A stretch of DNA of 64,000 bases from Dehalococcoidia bacterium (GTDB lineage Bacteria > Chloroflexota > Dehalococcoidia > Lucifugimonadales > QGNO01), in assembly GCA_034422935.1 (NCBI GenBank), contig DAOUJH010000004.1:5269-69268 (forward strand). Direction: 5' to 3'. Each line of letters begins with the position of its first letter. Position 1 is the stretch's first letter. The translations under genes were made by a program, and so were the position numbers. Shown here in pieces: positions 9,949 through 19,094 of the stretch. The notes below the pieces were generated by a model. That model searched no databases and was not told the DNA's origin. It saw only the letters and a list, made by a program, of their open reading frames with translations.

Positions 9949-10187
9949 GCCACTTCCCACTTCCCCATGCCCACTGTCTCGCGCTATCCTCAATCCATGT
10001 ACAGCAACCCCATCCGTGTCGCCACCAAAACTTTGCTATATCTTGCCCTGAGCCCGCCGGAGGAACCTGTCCTGAGCCCGCCGGAGGAGCCTGTCCTGAG
10101 CCAGTCGAAGGAGATTCGTTTCTCACCTCAAAAAAATATTTGGTTCGCTTTAGCCTTGCAGCTTGACATAACGTCTGAAACGAATCA
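9949..10187 (+). repeat. shared upstream noncoding element, copy 1, ending 75 nt before the selA start
   Basis: It aligns by eye with the reverse complement of 28042-28244. The 3' 86 nt differ by 2 mismatches and one 1-nt indel. The 5' ~85 nt are roughly four-fifths identical. The middle is variable and here holds three tandem ~24-nt units at 10043-10113. A 10-nt inverted repeat 'gattcgtttc'/'gaaacgaatc' lies at 10113-10122 and 10177-10186. Confidence 0.8.
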
Positions 10188-10262
10188 TCGGACTGAGACG
10201 ATGGGCGGCTCCCCTGCCCTCCTGTGCTACAATTCCCGCATCCTCCCTTTTGAGAGGCCGGT

Positions 10263-11621
10263 TTGACCAGTAGATTACGCAGCCTCCCCAGCATTGACGC
10301 CGTCTTGCAGCAAGAGCAGGTGCGGCAACTGGTTGCGGTCTACTCCCATGAAGCCGTCGTCACCGTTATCCGTCGTCATCTGGACGCGATTCGCAACTCC
10401 CCTTCAGGCGGTGAACCCGTTCCCGACCTCGACCGTATAGTGGAAGGCGTGTGCCTGGAAGCGTCCCGCCGTTGGACGACCGGCCCCCGTCGAGTCATCA
10501 ACGCCACCGGGGTCGTCCTGCACACCAACCTGGGCCGCGCTCCACTGAGCAAACCGGCCCTCCAGGCCATGAACGACGCTGCTAGCGGCTACTCCGACCT
10601 GGAGTTCGAACTCCGGCGAGGGCAGCGTGGATCAAGACAGGCCCACGTCAGTTCGCTGATAACCCAGGTCAGCGGAGCGGAGGCGGCGCTGGTGGTGAAC
10701 AACAACGCCTCCGCCGTAATGCTTGGCCTTGCCGCCCTGGCCCGGGGAAAAGAGGTCATAGTGTCTCGCGGTGAAGCGGTGGAGATAGGCGGCGGCTTCC
10801 GCATTCCCGGCGTACTTGCTCAGAGCGGGGCGCGGCTTGTCGAAGTGGGCGCCACCAACCGCACCTACCTATCCGACTACGAATCCGCCATCGGTGAAGA
10901 GACCGGCGCCATTCTCAAGGTGCACGCCAGCAACTTCCGCGTCACTGGCTTCACGCACTCGGTGGAGATCGCCGAGCTGGTGGCCCTGGGCAGGGAGCGT
11001 AATCTGCCCGTCCTCCACGACCTCGGTTCCGGCTGCCTGCTGGACGTGTCCATGTTCGGCCTGGCCTATGAACCCACCGTGCAGGACAGCATCTCCGCGG
11101 GATGCGGGCTGTCCTTCTTCTCCGGCGATAAACTCCTCGGCGGGCCGCAGGCTGGCATAATCGCCGGCAGCAAGGACCTTGTGCAAAAGCTGTCCGCACA
11201 TCCGCTGGCCCGCGCCGTGCGAATAGACAAGCTCAGCTTGGCCGCGCTGGCCGCCACGCTTCTGCACTACCTCAAAGAGGAAGCGGTCACGGAGATCCCC
11301 GTGTGGCGCATGATCTCCGCCTCCGAGTCCCATCTGAAGGAGCGCGCCCAGGCGTTGCAGAGCGCCATTGGCGCTATAGCCTCTATCGCTCCGGGACGCT
11401 CGGCCATTGGCGGGGGCAGCCTCCCCGGAGAAACCCTGCCCACCTGGCTTGTCGCGCTCGACGGCAACCCGGACGCGATGGCGGACGCTCTCCGCCAAGC
11501 CGATCCGCCCGTAGTTGCCCGCATAGAAGACGACAGGCTGGTGCTGGATCCGCGCACCGTAATGGCAAATGAAGAGGACGCTGTGGTGGAAGCGGTCAGG
11601 CTGGCGGCGGGAACGGGATGA
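10263..11621 (+). CDS. selA: L-seryl-tRNA(Sec) selenium transferase
   Basis: TTG start. 'VINATGVVLHTNLGRA' and the PLP-lysine motif 'FSGDKLLGGPQAGII' match E. coli SelA. Confidence 0.9.
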   Translation: MTSRLRSLPSIDAVLQQEQVRQLVAVYSHEAVVTVIRRHLDAIRNSPSGGEPVPDLDRIVEGVCLEASRRWTTGPRRVINATGVVLHTNLGRAPLSKPALQAMNDAASGYSDLEFELRRGQRGSRQAHVSSLITQVSGAEAALVVNNNASAVMLGLAALARGKEVIVSRGEAVEIGGGFRIPGVLAQSGARLVEVGATNRTYLSDYESAIGEETGAILKVHASNFRVTGFTHSVEIAELVALGRERNLPVLHDLGSGCLLDVSMFGLAYEPTVQDSISAGCGLSFFSGDKLLGGPQAGIIAGSKDLVQKLSAHPLARAVRIDKLSLAALAATLLHYLKEEAVTEIPVWRMISASESHLKERAQALQSAIGAIASIAPGRSAIGGGSLPGETLPTWLVALDGNPDAMADALRQADPPVVARIEDDRLVLDPRTVMANEEDAVVEAVRLAAGTG

Positions 11622-12331
11622 AGAATAGGAAAACTTTGGACACTGTCGTCGACGGGTTGGTATTCGACTTGGACAACACCCTGCTCGATAGGCAGGCCAC
11701 TTTTGTAAGGGTTGCTGGCAACTTCTACGAAGAGCACCTATGCGCTACCACGTCCGTCAATCGTGATGATGCGGTGGCGATGATGGTTCGGTGGGATGCT
11801 GACGGCTACTCCAACAGGGAAGAGATGCTTACGCGTTGGTTCAACGAGTGGCCAGAGGCAGGTCTGGATTTGAGGTCTCTGACAGGATGGTACCGCTCCG
11901 CAATGGCTCGGCAAGTGCAGCCGGACATAGAAGTTAATCAGTTCCTTACCGACCTCAATGACCAACAGGTGCCGTGGGGCATCGTCACAAACGGATCAAA
12001 GAACCAGCACAGCAAATGCCGGGCGGCGGGCTTGGATCAACTCGCCCCATTCATCATTGTTTCCGAAGAGGCCGGTTATGCCAAACCTGACCCTAGGATA
12101 TTCCGTGATGCCCTGAAAGCAACAGGACTCACGAGTCCCGACCAGATCATGTTCATCGGGGATAATCCTGTTGCCGACATCGATGGAGCCAAGCGCTTCG
12201 GAATGAAGGCCGCCTGGATCCGGCGAGGTATGGAATATCCAGTCGGTCTCGAACCCCCAGATCACGTTATCGACTTCGTCACAGAGGTGCGAAACATTGT
12301 CCTGGGTGAAGGGGAAGCGCGAGCTCATTGA
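11618..12331 (+). CDS. HAD-superfamily hydrolase (subfamily IA-like)
   Basis: Motif I 'FDLDNTLLD' and motif IV 'FIGDNPVADIDGA'. ATGA overlap with selA. Confidence 0.75.
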   Translation: MKNRKTLDTVVDGLVFDLDNTLLDRQATFVRVAGNFYEEHLCATTSVNRDDAVAMMVRWDADGYSNREEMLTRWFNEWPEAGLDLRSLTGWYRSAMARQVQPDIEVNQFLTDLNDQQVPWGIVTNGSKNQHSKCRAAGLDQLAPFIIVSEEAGYAKPDPRIFRDALKATGLTSPDQIMFIGDNPVADIDGAKRFGMKAAWIRRGMEYPVGLEPPDHVIDFVTEVRNIVLGEGEARAH

Positions 12332-12506
12332 GGTCTAATCCGGAGTTCTCCACTGCTGATTCCAGGTGTCATCCACAGGCTCCCTTTTCACCGCACGCAG
12401 TCCGTTTCCCACACCCGCAAATAGCTTGTCGATACGGCTAAATGGATGATACAACTATCCGGGGAACTCTTCTCGTCATGTGGCCCACGGGACACCGGTA
12501 TTTTTG

Positions 12507-14423
12507 ATGCGCTTTATCGTTGACAAATGGAGTCGTATTGGCACCAGGTTGTACCTGGCTTTGGGCATCGCTGTAGCCCTGACCCTGGTGTCAGGTGCGG
12601 TCGGGGTCTACTACTTCGAACAGAGCGGAAATCACAACTACCAGGTTAGTTCGGAGTCCGTGCCAGCTTTGGAGGCCTCCTGGACTGCCGCTAGAGAAGC
12701 GGAGCGCTTGCGCGGTCTTGGGCAGAACTTGTTCGCGGCGGACGTTGCCTGGCAGAGTACGGAAGCTGACGCTGTCGACCGCTCTCTTGATCGTTTGGAG
12801 GCCGCGTTGAGTGAGGCGAATACCGTGCCGGAATTGATGCCATTGACGGAAGCCGTCAGCGACGCTGCGTATGACCTTGTAGAAGTCATAGATAACCTTG
12901 CTAGAAACGGGAATGACCTGCGAAATGCCAACGCCAACGCCGCGGAGTACCGGTTGCGCTTGGCAACCTCGATATCCGATGTCGGCAAGTCGGAAGAGGC
13001 GCTGACAGTGTTGCGACAGGCCTTGCAAGCTCAAGATGAAGCAGCTTTGGATGGTCTGTGGGAGCAGTTCTCAAGTCTCCACGCGCAGGGTATAGACCAG
13101 CGTGTGACCGACTTGGGAGAGGGTGAGGGAGTGTTCTACGTCCGCGGTCAGCAGCTCGCGCTTGAAGATGGCATCGGTAGCCTGGCGGCATCTTTCGATA
13201 CGGCCAGCGCTGCCTTGACGGATGATGTATCGAACCTCACGACGGCCGCGGAGCAGTACTCGGCGGAGTCGTTGGAACTGGCGGTGAGCAGCTTCGACGA
13301 AGGTAGGACTCTCCTCACGGCCATCAGCGTCATCAGCGTCATCGTGGCGACCCTGGCTGCGTGGCTATGGGTGGGCAACGGCATGGTTCGTCGTCTATCG
13401 CGCATGTCGCAACGGATGCGTGGCATGGCGGGAGGAGACCTGGAGACGCCGGTGCCGGAGGTGGGTCGTGATGAAATAGGTGAGTTGGCCGGCGCCCTTG
13501 AGACATTCCGTCAGCAAGCGCTGGAGGTACAGCGACTGAACTTGGTGGAGCAACTCTACGAGGAGTTGCGCCAGACAAATGCGGAGTTGCAACGGACACA
13601 GGACCGCCTTGTAGCGCAACAGAAGCTGGCCGCCTTGGGGCAATTGGTGTCCGGCGTGGCTCACGAGATCAGCAATCCACTGAATTTTGTCCACAACTTT
13701 TCAGAAGGGTCGCTTGAGCTGTACAACGAGCTGTCGGAGATGCTGGATACCTATAAGGACAAAATGTCTGAGGCTGATACGGAGCTGCTGGATGACATTA
13801 GCCAGGAGCTCACCGATAGCCTTAACCGGGTCCTTACTAATGGAGGGCGCGCGCTGGCAATAGTCGAAAGGATGCGCGGCTTAGGAGTCGGTGGAGGTGA
13901 ACCGGCAGAGGTGGACCTTAACGAGATGCTGTGGACGTCTGTGCGGTCAGGGTGCAACATCTTCACCGCTGAATGGCAAGATTTCTCAATTCAGCCCACG
14001 TTTGATATGGATCAGGCGATTGGCGAGGTCTCACTGGTAGAGAAGGACTTCGGAGAGGCTATTCTGAATCTGGTCTCCAATGCTTGCTTTGCTATGAGGC
14101 AGAAACGAGACCTTGTAGACGAGGATTACCAGCCGGAGCTTGTAGTATCAACACGCTTGGTGGATGGAAATGTTGAGATACGAATTCGGGATAACGGCAC
14201 CGGTATTCCGGATGATGTGGTAGGCAACATCTTCAACCCGTTCTTCTCGACACGGGAGGGGGCTTCTGGCTCCGGGTTGGGGCTCCCCATTGCAGCCGAT
14301 GTCGCGCGGCGGTCGGGAGGCGAGTTGTCCGTGGATACGGTGCATGGGGAGTACGCGGAGTTCATTATGACCATTCCTCAAACTGCTTCTGAGCACTTGC
14401 CAGAAGCCGCGGAGACTGCTTAA
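12507..14423 (+). CDS. membrane sensor histidine kinase with HAMP domain
   Basis: TM segments and a HAMP region 'GGDLETPVPEVGRDEIGELAGALETFRQ'. H-box 'VSGVAHEISNPLNF'. ATPase motifs 'IRDNGTGIPDD' and 'GSGLGLPIA'. ATG at 12507 is preferred over the upstream GTG at 12480. Confidence 0.85.
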   Translation: MRFIVDKWSRIGTRLYLALGIAVALTLVSGAVGVYYFEQSGNHNYQVSSESVPALEASWTAAREAERLRGLGQNLFAADVAWQSTEADAVDRSLDRLEAALSEANTVPELMPLTEAVSDAAYDLVEVIDNLARNGNDLRNANANAAEYRLRLATSISDVGKSEEALTVLRQALQAQDEAALDGLWEQFSSLHAQGIDQRVTDLGEGEGVFYVRGQQLALEDGIGSLAASFDTASAALTDDVSNLTTAAEQYSAESLELAVSSFDEGRTLLTAISVISVIVATLAAWLWVGNGMVRRLSRMSQRMRGMAGGDLETPVPEVGRDEIGELAGALETFRQQALEVQRLNLVEQLYEELRQTNAELQRTQDRLVAQQKLAALGQLVSGVAHEISNPLNFVHNFSEGSLELYNELSEMLDTYKDKMSEADTELLDDISQELTDSLNRVLTNGGRALAIVERMRGLGVGGGEPAEVDLNEMLWTSVRSGCNIFTAEWQDFSIQPTFDMDQAIGEVSLVEKDFGEAILNLVSNACFAMRQKRDLVDEDYQPELVVSTRLVDGNVEIRIRDNGTGIPDDVVGNIFNPFFSTREGASGSGLGLPIAADVARRSGGELSVDTVHGEYAEFIMTIPQTASEHLPEAAETA

Positions 14424-14460
14424 CGGACAGTTCTGGTACACCGTTTAGTCAGGAACGGCT

Positions 14461-15549
14461 TCACTCACGCCGCAGTATCAGGCGTGCGAACACTGCAGCA
14501 GCAAAGACGCTTGCAAGCCCCTGGATGATGATGAGCGTAGTGCGCCTACGGGGTGACGAAGCGATGCCCCCCAGAGCATCGCGGACACGCGGTATCGCCA
14601 TACTGATCACCGGAGCGGATGGCTGGTCCAGTTCTGGCTGTACCAGTTGCGGCACAGACGCTGTGCCTGACGGCTGAGGCGTTGTTGCGAGAGCACCAAG
14701 CGTGGGCTCCACGGTAGGTGTGGGCGTGGGCGTGGGCGTCGGTTCAGGCGTATTTGTGGGTAGCGGCACCAGCGTTGGAGTTGGTGTTGGCGTCGCCGTG
14801 GGGGTCGGCGTAGGAGTTGGGGTTGGAGTGGACGTGGGAGTGGGAGTTGGGGTTGGAGTGAGAGTTGGTGTAGCCGTAGCCGTGGGTGTGGGCGTGTCGG
14901 GCGGAGGCGGAGGTGGTGATGGAGTTGGCGTGTTTGGAGGCGGAGTTGGCGTGTTCGGAGACAGAGTTGGGATAGGAGTCGGCGTGTTTGTTGGGGTTGG
15001 AGTAGGCGTGAAAGTGGGTGTATTGACGGGAGGAGGAGGAGGAGGTGGTGGTGGTTGTGGCGGTTGTGGCGTGGAACCATCCCTATCCAGCACCCGCACC
15101 GTTCTCCCTGAGGGGCTTCCTACGGTGTACTCCGCAAATGTGGAGTTGATGGCGATTCGGACGGTTCGATTTGTGTTCACCACTCCGTCGTCATTCGCCA
15201 CATCTACCTGGTAGCTCACAACGTCGGTCGTGTCACCCGGATGGAAGGCAAAGGCGATTAACACATCGGCGTCCTCACCCTTCGAAGAGTCCCATACTAT
15301 GATGCCGCCTATGAGTCTCCCTCCTGTGAGACCTGGATCGCCTACACTGACAGGTGGGGAGATTCCTAGTGTGACGTGTACGGAATTCCCTTCCAGAACC
15401 TGTGAGGACGGCTCGACGCTAATCAGCCTGACTACGGGCAATGCTTGCCCTCCCGGTCTGTGATCCGGCTGCACCAGCAGAACAACGACGGCAATCCCGA
15501 TGACTAGGAGGATTCGTTTGGCGTTAAGAAGCTTCAGAAAACGCATCAA
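14461..15549 (-). CDS. membrane-anchored surface protein with a Pro/Thr-rich linker
   Basis: N-terminal TM/signal '[14 protein letters not shown]' and a beta-rich domain (Calx-beta-like impression, low certainty). About 110 aa of PT/PP low complexity follow, then a C-terminal TM '[21 protein letters not shown]'. Confidence 0.6.
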   Translation of the reverse strand: MMRFLKLLNAKRILLVIGIAVVVLLVQPDHRPGGQALPVVRLISVEPSSQVLEGNSVHVTLGISPPVSVGDPGLTGGRLIGGIIVWDSSKGEDADVLIAFAFHPGDTTDVVSYQVDVANDDGVVNTNRTVRIAINSTFAEYTVGSPSGRTVRVLDRDGSTPQPPQPPPPPPPPPVNTPTFTPTPTPTNTPTPIPTLSPNTPTPPPNTPTPSPPPPPPDTPTPTATATPTLTPTPTPTPTSTPTPTPTPTPTATPTPTPTLVPLPTNTPEPTPTPTPTPTVEPTLGALATTPQPSGTASVPQLVQPELDQPSAPVISMAIPRVRDALGGIASSPRRRTTLIIIQGLASVFAAAVFARLILRRE

Positions 15550-15712
15550 TTACCGCGGTCGACCTCCGTAGTTAGGCGTTTGCAAGCACTCCATAAACGG
15601 TTCAGGGAATGCTCCGTGTCTAGTATAGTGATAGCCTAGAGTAAGCCGCTAGTGGTTACCGTGCCAGGTTATGCAATCTGAGCCCGAGGCGTAACGAGTG
15701 AAGATGTATTAG

Positions 15713-15721
15713 TGATATAAT
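15713..15721 (+). promoter_or_regulatory. candidate extended -10 promoter element (TGATATAAT) giving a leaderless or near-leaderless mRNA
   Basis: 'tgatataat' ends 7 nt before the ATG at 15729. There is no Shine-Dalgarno sequence between them and no good -35. Confidence 0.4.
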
Positions 15722-15728
15722 GGCGTAG

Positions 15729-16328
15729 ATGTTCTCTTCCTCAATTAAACGGCGAACCGTTGTCCTTGCAGCTCTTCCCTTGCTGTTTAGCCTAGCTTGC
15801 ACTAGCGAAACAGCGACTCCTACCAATGAACCGGTACCGACTCCGAATGCTACGACGCCTGCTGCAACCGATCCCCCTACCCTCGCAACGGGGAATCGGG
15901 TTGGCGACTTAGCGCCTGACTTCACCCTGACCGAGGTGTCCACGGATCAGCCCGTACAGTTGGCCGAACTGACGGGACAGGGACGTCCCGTAGTCCTATA
16001 CTTCTTCACCACATGGTGACCGACTTGTCGCACCGAGTTACGGTTGCTAAAGGATGTTTACCCGGACCACCAGGAGTCTGTAGATTTCTACGCGCTGGGC
16101 ATTGATCCGACCGAGGGTCTGGGCACCCTGGTCGGGTACAGAGACGGACAGGACTACCCCTGGCCGGTTGCCAAGGCGCCTGCCGCCATGCTGCCGGAAT
16201 ACAATGTCTTGGGGCAGCCAGCCAAGTTAGCCATAGATGGCGATGGGGTAATAGTGTTCCGTGGAGGATACAGCGTAGAGTCTGAGGAGACATGGCAGCG
16301 GGTATTCCGTGAGCTTTCCCAGGCCTAG
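15729..16328 (+). CDS. TlpA/ResA-like thiol:disulfide oxidoreductase lipoprotein, candidate selenoprotein (Sec encoded by TGA 16017-16019)
   Basis: Track ORFs 15729-16019 and 16044-16328 are in the same frame and no other stop lies between them. Read-through gives 'VVLYFFTTW-U-PTCRTELRLLKDVYPDHQESVDFYALG', which is W-[C/U]-x-x-C of the thioredoxin fold. The N-terminus is a lipoprotein signal 'KRRTVVLAALPLLFSLAC'. Confidence 0.8.
16030..16047 (+). other. candidate bacterial SECIS upper hairpin
   Basis: 'GCACCG-AGUUA-CGGU(U)GC' is a 6-bp stem with a bulged U and a GU-containing apical loop. It starts 11 nt after the UGA. It was folded by eye only. Confidence 0.35.
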
Positions 16329-16385
16329 CGCCAGTGCATAGATGCATACCTGCCCTGGCTATAGCCAGGTTGTGTGGATAACGTC

Positions 16386-18179
16386 ATGCTCAGACTTCTT
16401 AGCGTCACCAACTTTGCCACCATAGAGCGGATTGAAATGGAGTTGGCGCCCGGTCTTAACGTGTTGACAGGAGAGACCGGTGCCGGCAAGTCGATCATCG
16501 TGGATGCGCTGAGTCTTCTCCTGGGAGGACGCGCCGACGGCGGCATGGTTCGCTCTGGGGCGCGCCAGTCCAGAGTAGAGGGCATCTTCCTGCTCAACGG
16601 AGATATCGCTCAGAAAATCAAGGTTGCCCTGGATGAGTACGAGATTGACAGTAGCGAAGAGGAACTGATTCTCGCCCGCGAAGTCAATCTGGATGGACGC
16701 AATACGTGTCGTATAAACGGGCGAATCATACCTCTCCGGCTGTTGAACTCCCTAGCCGAACATCTGGTAGACATCCATGGCCAGAATCAGCACCTATCCC
16801 TGTTCCGTGTACGTGAGCACATGGACATACTGGACAGGTATGGTGGGCTATGGCAACTCCGGACACAGGTAGCAGGGCAAGTCCGCCAGCTTTTGGAGGT
16901 GCGCCGAGAGCTGGACATGCTTGCCAGGGAAGCTCAGGACATTGCCCAACGGATGGATTTCCTGAGGTATCAGGTGGCTGAGATCGGCGCTGCCAATCTT
17001 CGCCCGGCTGAAGATGAAGAACTGTCCCTTGAGCGGGACCGGGCCGCCAACGCGGAGCGAATTATCGAACTGTCCGACCACGCTTATCGTGTGCTATACG
17101 ATGGCTTCGACCGGCAAGAATCGGTCATGGACCTTGTGGGACAGGTGGCCAGGGACATTGCTCAGCTGGAGCAGTTGGACCCCTCTTTGAGCCGGGACCT
17201 CCCTTCGCTGGATGCCTTGACTCACCAGATGGACGAATTGGCGCGTACGCTCCGGAGCTATCGTGACAGCATCGAGTACAGCCCGGAACGTCTTCAAGAG
17301 CTTGAGGAGCGTTTGGAATTGATCAGGGGCCTCAAGAGGAAGTACGGCAGTACGATAGAAGAAATATTGGCTTTCGGTGAAAAGGCCTCCCAGGACTTGG
17401 AGAGGCTGCATCAGAGTGAAGAGCGTACGGAGGAGTTGAACTCCCAAGAGGTGGAGCTTCAAGTGCAGGTGGGCGGACTGGCAGGCCAGCTCTCCGAGGC
17501 CCGGCGACACGTCGCCAAGCGGCTGGCCTGCGCCATCGAGGAGGAGGTCGCTGATCTGGCCCTGGCACATACAGAGGTGCAGGTGGACATCCGTCAATCA
17601 GACTCGGAGGACGGTGTGCCGGTTCAGACCGGCGAATCGGGCCCGCAATCTCCGCATTTAGATGGAGACGGTGTCAGGCGCCTCTCCTTTGACGGCACGG
17701 GTATAGACTCCGTGGAATTCTTGGTCTCGCTGAACCTGGGCGACCCGCCACGGCCCCTGGCCAGAGTCGCCTCCGGGGGAGAAGCCGCCAGGCTCATGCT
17801 CGCTATAAAGACTATCCTGTCGACCGCCGACAGGATTCCAATCCTGGTTTTCGACGAGGTAGATGCAGGCGTAGGAGGTAGAGTTGGAGGTGTCTTGGGT
17901 CAGAAGCTATGGGAACTGTCCAAGAACCACCAGGTGCTGTGCGTAACCCATCTCCCGCAGATAGCCTGCTACGCGGACCTTCATGCCAGGGTTACCAAGC
18001 TTGCCTCGGATGATAGGACTGTGACCGCGGTGGAGACTCTAACCGATGAGGCCAGGGTGAGGGAGCTCAGTCAGATGCTCGGTTCCGACAGCGGTGTAGC
18101 CCGAAGCAATGCCCTAGAGATGCTGGAGCAGGCGGCGACATGGAAGGAAAGCCCAAGAAAAGTCAGCCAGCGTGAGTAG
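16386..18179 (+). CDS. recN: DNA repair protein RecN
   Basis: 'MLRLLSVTNFATIERIEMELAPGLNVLTGETGAGKSIIVDAL', a long coiled-coil middle, and C-terminal 'LVFDEVDAGVGG'. ATG at 16386 is preferred; the track starts at GTG 16374. Confidence 0.9.
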   Translation: MLRLLSVTNFATIERIEMELAPGLNVLTGETGAGKSIIVDALSLLLGGRADGGMVRSGARQSRVEGIFLLNGDIAQKIKVALDEYEIDSSEEELILAREVNLDGRNTCRINGRIIPLRLLNSLAEHLVDIHGQNQHLSLFRVREHMDILDRYGGLWQLRTQVAGQVRQLLEVRRELDMLAREAQDIAQRMDFLRYQVAEIGAANLRPAEDEELSLERDRAANAERIIELSDHAYRVLYDGFDRQESVMDLVGQVARDIAQLEQLDPSLSRDLPSLDALTHQMDELARTLRSYRDSIEYSPERLQELEERLELIRGLKRKYGSTIEEILAFGEKASQDLERLHQSEERTEELNSQEVELQVQVGGLAGQLSEARRHVAKRLACAIEEEVADLALAHTEVQVDIRQSDSEDGVPVQTGESGPQSPHLDGDGVRRLSFDGTGIDSVEFLVSLNLGDPPRPLARVASGGEAARLMLAIKTILSTADRIPILVFDEVDAGVGGRVGGVLGQKLWELSKNHQVLCVTHLPQIACYADLHARVTKLASDDRTVTAVETLTDEARVRELSQMLGSDSGVARSNALEMLEQAATWKESPRKVSQRE

Positions 18180-18250
18180 TCGAATCGTGACAGACCGTCC
18201 GCAATTGCGGTATCCTGATAAGACGCAGATATTCAAAGGAAGAGACCAAA

Positions 18251-19023
18251 TTGATAACTAAACTGAGCTTTATTGCAGTGGTGGTTGCGCTTCTGACTCT
18301 CCTGGCATGTGGAAGCGAGCCTACGCCCACGCCGACTCCCACACCCACACCGACGCCTACGCCTACGGCTACACCACGCCGGTGCCTACACCAACGCCTA
18401 CACCTATGCCAGAGCCGACGCAGGCACCCGAACAAGTCGCCGGTTCAGGTGGAATAGCGCCTCTGTCCCTGGATGACCCCATGGCGATTGCGTCAGAGTT
18501 GTCAGAGGCCGAGTTGGCCTGTATTACAGGAGTGGCGGATGTGGCGAGCCTGATGCAGATATTCGCCGCTCCGGAAATGGCATCACCCGAAGAGCAGGCG
18601 CAGGTGTTTGGCTGTTTTGAGGACGAAACAGTGTTGCGCTTGTATCTCACTGGAATCTTGGTGGGCACCGGCCCATTGAGCGTTGAGACCTCTCAGTGCA
18701 TCCGCGCGGGGATGGAAGGAGTTGACCTGAGTGCCGTCATGCTGGCTGGGGCCACGGGTGACGAAGCAGGGGCTATGGCGGGTACCTCTACCTTCATCCT
18801 GGCATTGACCTGCCTGAACGAGGATGAGTGGCAGGCCGCTGCGCCCGTTCTGGGCGCTGCCCCGGAAGAGAGGGAAAACCTGCAGTGCGTTGTGGAAGAA
18901 CTGGGTGGGCCTGATGGCTTCGCCGAGACGCTGGCTGCAGGGGACGAAGCCTCATTCATGGCGCTGTTTGGAGCGGTGGCTCAGTGTGGAGTGCAGTTTG
19001 CGGGTGGACCAGGCTTTGGCTAA
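18251..19023 (+). pseudogene. lipoprotein gene interrupted by a -1 frameshift inside its Pro/Thr linker
   Basis: Frame A (18251) encodes the signal plus lipobox '[33 protein letters not shown]', then junk. Frame B (18307) encodes junk, then 'TTPVPTPTPTPMPEPTQAPEQ' and a 200-aa domain. The frames swap near 18374-18378. Confidence 0.6.
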
Positions 19024-19094
19024 GTCCCGCTGGGTCTTTATCCTAGCCTGAGACCGTTCTGCAGCGACGTTCTCCACGTCTCTCTCCCACGGGT

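Noticed and set aside
9138-10166. 342-aa plus-strand ORF spanning the coaE-selA spacer
   Set aside because: It is made entirely of repeat-unit translations ('RRAHHERV', 'HSERSEESKS', 'PEPAGG' repeated). It has no domain and crosses four repeat families. It is a by-product of a GC-rich stop-poor sequence.
10163-10168. TTGACA inside the shared upstream element as a -35 box driving selA and ltaE
   Set aside because: No acceptable -10 hexamer lies 16-19 nt downstream in either copy ('catcgg' and 'cactca').
9967-10266. 99-aa ORF (and 27840-28385, 181 aa, minus strand) with similar translations '...SRYP.SMYS...LDITSETNH', suggesting a duplicated small protein gene
   Set aside because: The two nucleotide copies differ by a 1-nt indel and a variable middle segment whose length difference is not a multiple of three. 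The shared peptide stretches therefore sit in shifting frames. Conservation is at the DNA/RNA level. This is treated as a noncoding repeat.
14702-15214. 170-aa 'GVGVGVG' ORF (and similar ORFs at 18163-18435 and 59100-59453)
   Set aside because: These are antisense translations of Pro/Thr-linker coding repeats in real genes on the other strand.
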